From the NCBI RefSeq assembly GCF_000022265.1, contig NC_011979.1, positions 900,001 to 932,000 on the forward strand: a stretch of 32,000 bases of DNA, written 5' to 3'. Position 1 is the stretch's first letter. The number at the start of each line of letters is the position of its first letter. The DNA comes from Geotalea daltonii FRC-32 (GTDB taxonomy: Bacteria; Desulfobacterota; Desulfuromonadia; Geobacterales; Geobacteraceae). Below are positions 23,448-32,000 of the stretch, piece after piece. The position numbers and the translations under genes are program-made. The notes under the pieces are model-generated. The model did no database searches and was not told the DNA's origin. It worked only from the letters and a program-made list of their open reading frames with translations.

Positions 23448-24932
23448 ATGAAAAAAATCACTACCTGTCTTTCTGTTCTTTTCAGCCTGTTCCTGACTGC
23501 GGTTCCGGTATTTGCCGAAGCTATTCCCGTTCATGTCAATGAATTTACAGTCAATGGCGCTCCTGAACGCGCCGACCTCAAAGGGACCCTGCAGATGCTG
23601 CTTGCTTCCCGTTTGAGTAATGGGGCCGTATCTACAGCCGGCAGCCAGGGCACGGCCGAGATTGCCGTAGATTGCAGCTACACGCAGTTGGGAAAGGTTT
23701 TCAGCCTTGATGCCGTGGCCAGGGACCGTGCCGGAAATGTGGTGGCAAGGGCCTTTGAGCAGGGGGGAGGGGAGGACGACCTGATCCCGGCTGTTACCAA
23801 GCTAGCACAGAAACTGAATGATGAAATGGTCAGAGTTCGGTCAACACCTTCGGCCGGCAAGAATGTTGCCTTTGCCCAACCATCTTCAAGCCCTCCTCGT
23901 GCAGAACCGCAGCCGGCAGCCCCGGTGCCTTCCTCTGATATAATCAGGGTTGAACCTGCAGCAAAAAACAGTGTCAACCTGAGCCGACTGGCCGTAGCAT
24001 TGGTGGGCGTAGCTCCCGGCCGCACATTGGCCAAGGGAGCCCGTGAGCTTTACCTTCTCGGGGAACATTCCCTGTCACTCTACCATCAGGATGCCGACCT
24101 GAAAATGATTGCCGAGGCGACCTTTGATATAAACGATAAACCGATAGGCATCGACACTGCAGATCTTGACGGAGACGGCACCCCTGAGGCGTATGTTACC
24201 ATCGTGCGGGGAGATTTACTGTCTTCACAGGTTTGGCTCGAGAAAGACGGCCGACTGCAGAAGGTTGCCGAGAAACTTCCATATTATTTCCGAGCCTTGG
24301 CCCTGGATGGGGGGGCGAGAAAGCTTTACGTCCAGCAGATGGGAACCGACACCGATTTCTATGGCGATATTCATGAACTCGTCATCAAGGGGAGCTCCTA
24401 TGAAATGCGCAATCCCCTGAAGTTGCCCCGGTTCGCCAATCTCTACAACTTTAACCGATTCAGCGACGCTACCGGCAAGCATTACACCCTTGTCATTCAT
24501 GAAGATGGTTATCTGCTGGTCTATTCCGAGACTGGAGAGGAACTCTGGCGAAGCAGCGACAAGTTCGGGGGGAGCGAGATTTACCTCAAGCGCCAGGACT
24601 TGGCCAATATCCGGACTACGGGAAATGAATACCGCTGGATTTTTCTGGAGCAGCGCATTTTCGTTACACCGCAAAATGAAATAATAGTGCCCAAAAACCT
24701 CGGCTTCTTTGTCTTCGGCAACAATCGTTCCTACAAGAAAAACACGGTGTATGCCTTTGCCTGGAACGGCTCAACCCTTGATGAAAAATGGCATACAAAG
24801 GAGAGCCAGAACTACCTGGCCGACTACGACTACGATTCCGTCCGCAAAGAGCTGATTCTTCTGGAGGTGGTGAAGAAGAAAGGGCTGTTGGAAAATGGAG
24901 CGAGCACCATTGTTGTGAAAAAAGTGGAATAG
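23448..24932 (+). CDS. Secreted two-domain hypothetical protein (N-terminal LpoB/TolB-N-like module, Pro-rich linker, C-terminal FG-GAP/VCBS-like region)
   Basis: 494 aa. Signal peptide MKKITTCLSVLFSLFLTAVPVFA. Linker PSSSPPRAEPQPAAPVPSS. One clear TADLDGDGTPEAYVT motif. GGAGA RBS. The domain names are impressions from reading the sequence, not search results. Confidence 0.6.
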   Translation: MKKITTCLSVLFSLFLTAVPVFAEAIPVHVNEFTVNGAPERADLKGTLQMLLASRLSNGAVSTAGSQGTAEIAVDCSYTQLGKVFSLDAVARDRAGNVVARAFEQGGGEDDLIPAVTKLAQKLNDEMVRVRSTPSAGKNVAFAQPSSSPPRAEPQPAAPVPSSDIIRVEPAAKNSVNLSRLAVALVGVAPGRTLAKGARELYLLGEHSLSLYHQDADLKMIAEATFDINDKPIGIDTADLDGDGTPEAYVTIVRGDLLSSQVWLEKDGRLQKVAEKLPYYFRALALDGGARKLYVQQMGTDTDFYGDIHELVIKGSSYEMRNPLKLPRFANLYNFNRFSDATGKHYTLVIHEDGYLLVYSETGEELWRSSDKFGGSEIYLKRQDLANIRTTGNEYRWIFLEQRIFVTPQNEIIVPKNLGFFVFGNNRSYKKNTVYAFAWNGSTLDEKWHTKESQNYLADYDYDSVRKELILLEVVKKKGLLENGASTIVVKKVE

Positions 24933-24953
24933 GCTCCGGAATATCTGTTAGAG

Positions 24954-24984
24954 GAGGGGTGCTGCTGTTGGCGCCCCTCTTTTT
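24954..24984 (+). terminator. Intrinsic terminator
   Basis: Stem gaggggtgc/gcgcccctc (24954-24962 / 24971-24979, one G-U pair), followed by ttttt. Confidence 0.8.
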
Positions 24985-25046
24985 GTTCCCATTTAAATGT
25001 TGACATGGCATTGGGATACTGCTAGCCTTTCAGGCGTTTTGCCGTT

Positions 25047-27687
<2,641 letters not shown>

Positions 27688-27708
27688 AGGATTTTAGCGA
27701 AAAAAATG

Positions 27709-27737
27709 TTGACGGTGGAAAATCTTTTTGCTATAAA
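27709..27737 (+). promoter_or_regulatory. Candidate sigma70-type promoter for the tRNA pair
   Basis: TTGACG (27709-27714), N17, TATAAA (27732-27737), about 27 nt upstream of tRNA-Lys. Confidence 0.55.
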
Positions 27738-27764
27738 TCGAACTTCACTGCAGCACGTAGTAAC

Positions 27765-27840
27765 GAGCCGCTAGCTCAGTCGGTAGAGCACCTGACTTTT
27801 AATCAGGTGGTCGTTGGTTCGACCCCAACGCGGCTCACCA
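27765..27840 (+). tRNA. tRNA-Lys (anticodon UUU), CCA encoded
   Basis: Hand-folded cloverleaf. Acceptor GAGCCGC/GCGGCTC, D arm GCTC...GAGC, anticodon stem CCTGA/TCAGG with loop CTTTTAA, T arm GTTGG-TTCGACC-CCAAC, then A-CCA. Confidence 0.9.
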
Positions 27841-27841
27841 T

Positions 27842-27919
<78 letters not shown>

Positions 27920-27927
27920 AAAATGAT

Positions 27928-27961
27928 AGCCCTTTCAGGTAACTCTGAAAGGGCTTTTTTT
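27928..27961 (+). terminator. Intrinsic terminator after the tRNA pair (possibly bidirectional, also serving the convergent antiporter gene)
   Basis: An 11-bp stem agccctttcag/ctgaaagggct (27928-27938 / 27945-27955), followed by ttttttt. An A-run lies upstream (27920-27924). Confidence 0.85.
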
Positions 27962-28078
27962 GTCTTCAAGGTCCAATGACGGCCCACCTTGGTGGCGATC
28001 CAGAGAATGACCCAGGCAGGAGCGGTGCCGGTTACCTGGTGTTTCGTTTAAAACCTTTTGCAGGTAGGCTGGAATTGC

Positions 28079-30085
28079 TCATCCTGGTTCCGATCCCTTC
28101 TCCTTTTTCCCCGCCTCGAACAGCTTTGCAGCAGCTGCCAGCTGTTCGGCGCTCCCCAGAAGCAGGACCACGTCCCTTTCCTTCAATTCCCATACCGGGT
28201 CTGGGTTCGGCGCCACTTCCTCTCCCCTCTTTATTGCCAGGATGCTTGCCCCCGACCTGCTGCGCAAAATTCCTTCCCGCAGGGTTGTCCCTTCAATAGT
28301 TGCCCCTTTGTGGACGGTGAAGGTTCCGATCTCGGCTCCGGCAAGAAACCCGGCAATGCCGACAGCGTGACTGTGCCTTTTGCTGACGGAACGGAGCATT
28401 TCGTAGCCATCCTTCCTTACCTCTGCGACACAGTTTTCAATCACATCCTGGGGAACGAGGAATCTTTTCAGCACCCTGGAAAGGATTTCAACTGAGGTTT
28501 CGAATTCCTCCGGGATTACTTCATTGACTCCTAGCTTGAAGAGCGGTTCGACCTCCAGCAGGTACCTGGTTCGGACAATTACATGTATGGCGGGATTCAT
28601 ATGTCGTGCCAGGGCTGCCACCCGCCTGCTGGCGGCGGCATCGGAAATGGCGATGACCATGATCCGGGCGTTTTCGATCCCTGCATGCTCAAGAATTTCG
28701 GGCTTGGAAGCATCGCCGAAGATAATGTGCTGGCCCTTCTTTTTTTCGGCTTTGACGGTAAATGGATTAGTTTCCACAGCAACGTAAGGGATCTTCAAAT
28801 GCCTTAATACCCGGGCCAGATTTTTGCCGTTCATACCGTAGCCGACGATGATGACGTGATCGGTGAGGGTGGTTTTCTTCCCGTTGCCGGCGAACATGCT
28901 TTTCCCGCGGGTCCAGGAATGGGGGAGGCGGGCGGCCAGCTGCTCGGCGACCGGTGCAGCGATTTTCATACAGAGAGGCGTCAGCCCCATCGTGGCAATG
29001 GATGCAGCCAGAAACATCTGGTAAGCCTCGCTGCTCAAAAGCCCATGCTTCAAGCCCGACTGGCTGAGGACAAAGGAGAATTCGCCGATTTGCGCCAGGG
29101 AAAGACCGGCAGTGAGGGCAATCCGCATGGGGAGCCCCAGGGCCATGGCTGCACCGGTTGTAACCAGTGTTTTTATGAGGATGATGGTCAGCACCAATCC
29201 GGCGATGAGGACGGGGCTGGTGAAGAGAATGACTGGATCGAGCAGCATGCCCACCGAGATGAAAAAGAGGCTCATGAATGCTTCGCGGAAAGGAATGATA
29301 TCACTCAAAGCCTGATGGCTGTATTCGGATTCGGAGATGGCCAGACCGGCGATGAAGGCGCCCAGTGCCAGTGACAGGCCGGCCTGGGCGGTCAGCCAGG
29401 CAGTTCCCATGCCGATGAAGATGATCGTCAGGATGAACAGCTCTCTGCTCCGGGTCTTGACAACCTGGGCGAAAATCCATGGTACAAAAAAGCCGGCGCT
29501 GTAATGGGCTGCGATAATGACGGCGGCCGCTTTGCCGATAATAAATGCGACCTCCTGCCAGCCGTTGCCGTTACCTCCCAACAGGGGAGTGAAAAGCATC
29601 AGCGGCACGATACAAAGGTCCTGAAATATGAGAATTCCGAGGGCGGTCTTGCCGTGGGGAGTATCCAGCTCTCCCGCATCGGACAGGAGCTTGATTAAGA
29701 TCGCTGTGCTGGAAAGGGCGACGAGAAAACCGAAGAAGATGGATTGGTTGAGGGAAAAATCGAAGAGCGTTCCGGCAACTGCAATAACGACGATGGTGAG
29801 GACAACCTGAAGGCCTCCCCCCAGAATCACCAACTGCTTGATCCTCATCAGTTCCTTGAGGGAAAATTCGATGCCGATGGTGAAGAGAAGCAGCACGACC
29901 CCTATTTCGGCCATCTGCTCCACCTGGTGGGTATTGCCGATGAGGCCGGAAGCGTGTGGTCCTGCCAGAATGCCGGTAACGAGAAAGCCGACGATGGAAG
30001 GAAACTTCAATCGCCGGAAGATGACTACGGTAACCAGTGCCAGTCCAAAGAGAATTTCGATGTCGCGCAGGGCCTCGTATGCCAT
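28079..30085 (-). CDS. CPA2-family monovalent cation:proton antiporter (Kef/YbaL-like) with C-terminal RCK (TrkA-N and TrkA-C) domains
   Basis: 668 aa. About 12-13 TM helices (ILAGPHASGLI, MAEIGVVLLLFTIGIEFS, GAFIAGLAISESEY). Rossmann motif HVIIVGYGMNGKNLA. C-terminal TrkA-C-like segment (GTTLREGILRSRSGASILAIKRGEEV). GGAGA RBS. Confidence 0.88.
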   Translation of the reverse strand: MAYEALRDIEILFGLALVTVVIFRRLKFPSIVGFLVTGILAGPHASGLIGNTHQVEQMAEIGVVLLLFTIGIEFSLKELMRIKQLVILGGGLQVVLTIVVIAVAGTLFDFSLNQSIFFGFLVALSSTAILIKLLSDAGELDTPHGKTALGILIFQDLCIVPLMLFTPLLGGNGNGWQEVAFIIGKAAAVIIAAHYSAGFFVPWIFAQVVKTRSRELFILTIIFIGMGTAWLTAQAGLSLALGAFIAGLAISESEYSHQALSDIIPFREAFMSLFFISVGMLLDPVILFTSPVLIAGLVLTIILIKTLVTTGAAMALGLPMRIALTAGLSLAQIGEFSFVLSQSGLKHGLLSSEAYQMFLAASIATMGLTPLCMKIAAPVAEQLAARLPHSWTRGKSMFAGNGKKTTLTDHVIIVGYGMNGKNLARVLRHLKIPYVAVETNPFTVKAEKKKGQHIIFGDASKPEILEHAGIENARIMVIAISDAAASRRVAALARHMNPAIHVIVRTRYLLEVEPLFKLGVNEVIPEEFETSVEILSRVLKRFLVPQDVIENCVAEVRKDGYEMLRSVSKRHSHAVGIAGFLAGAEIGTFTVHKGATIEGTTLREGILRSRSGASILAIKRGEEVAPNPDPVWELKERDVVLLLGSAEQLAAAAKLFEAGKKEKGSEPG

Positions 30086-30138
30086 ATGCCGTTTCTCCGT
30101 GATTGCTGAGGAAATCGTGTCGCCGGGAATGCATATGG

Positions 30139-30191
30139 TTTATAACACAAGCAGGGCCGCCTGGCAAAGCGGCCCTGCTTGTGTTTATAAA
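30139..30191. other. Long near-perfect hairpin between the lipoprotein stop and the antiporter start
   Basis: tttataacacaagcagggccgc / ctggcaaa / gcggccctgcttgtgtttataaa. It has a 16-bp perfect core (acacaagcagggccgc / gcggccctgcttgtgt) plus an AT-rich extension with one bulge. There is no clean U-tract on either strand. Confidence 0.6.
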
Positions 30192-30221
30192 AGGTGCTCA
30201 TGATGTTTTGGGAAAGGGCTG

Positions 30222-31115
30222 TCAGCGACCCATCATGCCCCCACCCATGGAGCCGCTCATGGGCTGCATCCTGCCGCCGCTGTAGTTCCAGAAATAGTTA
30301 TAGCTGGTCATATTGCGGAAGGCTGAGGAGAAATTCCTGAAGCTGGTAGTTGGTATTCCTGCCAGTTGGGTCTGCATCTGGCTCTGCATGGAAATCATGA
30401 AGTCGCTGTTCATGCCGAATCCCCGACTGGCGTTATCGCTGATCTGGGGCAGATTCTCGTTGATCTGGCCCATCATGCCGCGGAAGCGGGTGCCGTTGGC
30501 GCTGGTGGTGCCGTTCATGACCAGCCCCGACTGGCTTGCCATCAGTCCGGCCATCTGCCGGGCTACCTGGTGCATGGCCTGATAATTTGTCTGGTATTGT
30601 CCGGCTCTGGCGCCGGCCACATAATCGCCTAGAATGTTCATGCCGACAGGCATGCCAAGCTGGTTGCGCAACTGGGTGGTGGCTTCGGCCAGGGTCATGC
30701 CCGGATTGGCCTCAAGCTTTTCCCTGAGCAGGGTGGAGATGGGGCTGATGAAGTTGCTGACTGTTCCCGAGACCCCGGCGCCCGGGGTGCAGAGCACATA
30801 GGTTTTGTCGATGGTCACGCCGGGATTATCCTGGTCGATGGTCTGTCCCGCCACGGCAATGGCCACAATCGGATATTTCCCCACGTCCTCTGGAGCAATG
30901 GTCAGTGTGTAAGCGCCGGTGGCATCGGTGGTGGCGGATGGCTCGCCGCTGTCCAGCTGGTAGTTACTGTTCTTGTCCATGAAGACCAGGGCATTCTGCA
31001 GGTATCCGTCGGCGACTACCCCTGCCACCGGGGTGCCTTCAACACTGCTGCTGCCGCCACAGGCGGCGATTAACCCCATGCTTGTCGCTACGAGAATCGC
31101 ACATATCTTTTTCAT
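30222..31115 (-). CDS. Lipoprotein with an N-terminal carboxypeptidase-regulatory-like beta-sandwich and a Met/Gly/Gln-rich C-terminal region
   Basis: The track ORF (to 31451) overlaps the upstream gene. ATG at complement of 31113-31115 has AAGGAG upstream and gives MKKICAILVATSMGLIAAC (lipobox L-I-A-A-C). VAGVVADGYLQNALVFMDKNSNYQLDSGEPSATTDATGAYTL follows. The last 119 aa contain 16 Met. Confidence 0.75.
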   Translation of the reverse strand: MKKICAILVATSMGLIAACGGSSSVEGTPVAGVVADGYLQNALVFMDKNSNYQLDSGEPSATTDATGAYTLTIAPEDVGKYPIVAIAVAGQTIDQDNPGVTIDKTYVLCTPGAGVSGTVSNFISPISTLLREKLEANPGMTLAEATTQLRNQLGMPVGMNILGDYVAGARAGQYQTNYQAMHQVARQMAGLMASQSGLVMNGTTSANGTRFRGMMGQINENLPQISDNASRGFGMNSDFMISMQSQMQTQLAGIPTTSFRNFSSAFRNMTSYNYFWNYSGGRMQPMSGSMGGGMMGR

Positions 31116-31138
31116 TTTGCTTGCTCCTTTTTTGTTGG

Positions 31139-32000
31139 CTACAGATCGTAGAAAACGGAGAATCCGGTACTGTAATCTGCGGTTGAGGATGTTATTCCTT
31201 TGGCTGCGTAAAATTCGATGCCTATCTTTGATGTTACCTGGTAGATCAGCTTCAGGCGTGCTTCCAGCAATGCCGTTGCATCTTCGGTGAGAGCCGTAGA
31301 GCTTTTGAGGATGAAGGCCGGCATGAAGTTGTCGGTAACCTGGTAGCCGAGGCCGCCGTTCAGGCTGAAGTAGTTTTTCAAGGAGAGGCCGTCTACCTTG
31401 CCCTGAAAGGTGTAGCCCGGTTCGACGACGGTCTGCCAGTCGCCGAACCATTTGAAGAATTCAATGGCAAAGCCCTCGTCGAACTTGCCGGTTCCCAGGC
31501 CCCTGTCGCTGTCGGCAGTGGGGATCTTCACCGACAGGTGAGGGCGGATCTGCGGCAGTATCGCCCCTTCTTTGGCCATGATGTAGCCGGCGCGCAGGGT
31601 GATGTCGCCGAGGCCGCTCTGGGCCCTGCCGGTGTCGCTGGTGGTCATTGCTGTGGCGCCGCTTCCGGTCATGCCCGATCCGGAGCCTGGTGTCCCCATG
31701 GCTTCGGTTGCCTTGGCCATCCCTGACTGCTGTCCCAGCATCTGCCGGAACTGGCCTGCAACCACGTTGCTGTTGCTCTGTCGCACCCAGGGAAATTCCA
31801 CGGAGAAGGCTGCGCGCTCCCCGGGGGTTACGGTGACCGTCAGGGGAACGACGATGGAGTCGGTGCGGACCGGGCTACCGTAGCTTCCCGATGTGAATTC
31901 CATTCCGAGCCCCAGTGAAAGCAACCGGTCGGAAGCTTCTGCTGTTGATGCTGCAACAATGGATACAACAGTTAACGCCATTACCTTAAACAGTACTTTT
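31139..32000 (-). CDS. Outer-membrane beta-barrel of the MetA-pathway/transporter-like family; the 5' end probably lies beyond the window
   Basis: The track start (31981) is internal to a signal-like segment. The frame stays open upstream to the window edge (...KVLFKVMALTVVSIVAASTAEA). Motifs SGLGDITLRAGYIM and KIPTADSDRGLGTGKFDEGF recall Phenol_MetA_deg-type barrels. The stop lies 23 nt before the lipoprotein ATG. Confidence 0.65.
   Translation of the reverse strand, partial: KVLFKVMALTVVSIVAASTAEASDRLLSLGLGMEFTSGSYGSPVRTDSIVVPLTVTVTPGERAAFSVEFPWVRQSNSNVVAGQFRQMLGQQSGMAKATEAMGTPGSGSGMTGSGATAMTTSDTGRAQSGLGDITLRAGYIMAKEGAILPQIRPHLSVKIPTADSDRGLGTGKFDEGFAIEFFKWFGDWQTVVEPGYTFQGKVDGLSLKNYFSLNGGLGYQVTDNFMPAFILKSSTALTEDATALLEARLKLIYQVTSKIGIEFYAAKGITSSTADYSTGFSVFYDL

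Noticed and set aside
27976-28495. Plus-strand ORFs of 107 and 145 aa after the tRNA terminator
   Set aside because: They are Pro/Leu/Ser-rich, lack an RBS, and are largely antisense to the well-supported C-terminal RCK domain of the antiporter gene.
30222-31451. The 409-aa version of the lipoprotein ORF given in the track
   Set aside because: The first ~112 codons overlap the upstream barrel gene in another frame and are Arg-rich nonsense. The internal ATG at complement of 31113-31115 has an AAGGAG RBS and yields a textbook lipoprotein signal peptide.

Overview
This window reads as a core chromosomal segment of a Geobacter-like (Desulfuromonadales) bacterium. That assignment is my inference from gene content: a multihaem cytochrome, an OmpJ-like porin near hisZ-purA, an H+-pyrophosphatase, and GC-rich genes separated by AT-rich intergenic promoters (judged by eye). 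I can support 24 protein-coding genes (two run off the window edges), two tRNAs (Lys-UUU and Glu-UUC, 1 nt apart), about a dozen intrinsic terminators and several sigma70-like promoters.

Gene order:
- partial PBP transpeptidase (-)
- YihY/BrkB membrane protein (-)
- YtxH + DUF948 pair (-)
- 12-haem c-type cytochrome (-)
- divergently oriented 5x-repeat envelope protein (+)
- K+-independent H+-pyrophosphatase hppA (-)
- LarA-type racemase + GlcD-like FAD dehydrogenase + GlcF-like Fe-S subunit (+)
- XRE/cupin regulator (+)
- divergent acyl-CoA carboxyltransferase + 962-aa biotin carboxylase/BCCP fusion (+)
- small antisense Zn-ribbon gene (-)
- methylmalonyl-CoA mutase catalytic subunit without a B12 domain + epimerase (+)
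- a ~165-nt non-coding unit bounded by a promoter and a terminator
- porin (+)
- two secreted hypotheticals (+)
- hisZ, purA (+)
- the two tRNAs
- CPA2/RCK cation antiporter (-)
- a Met-rich lipoprotein preceded by an outer-membrane barrel with a Met-rich loop (-)

I see no transposase, integrase, CRISPR array, restriction or defence gene, or toxin-antitoxin pair. I therefore cannot point to a convincing new system of the defence-island kind.

The observations most worth a second look:
1. The atypically long and divergent biotin-carboxylase pair embedded in a methylmalonyl-CoA cluster.
2. An inverted pair of heptanucleotide tandem arrays straddling the larA stop codon.
3. The candidate small RNA or attenuator upstream of the porin.
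4. The methionine-rich lipoprotein / outer-membrane barrel pair.
5. The 3 x 4-haem cytochrome with a Lys/Ala tail, next to a tail-anchored repeat protein.

All functional calls come from motif reading by eye. No searches were run.
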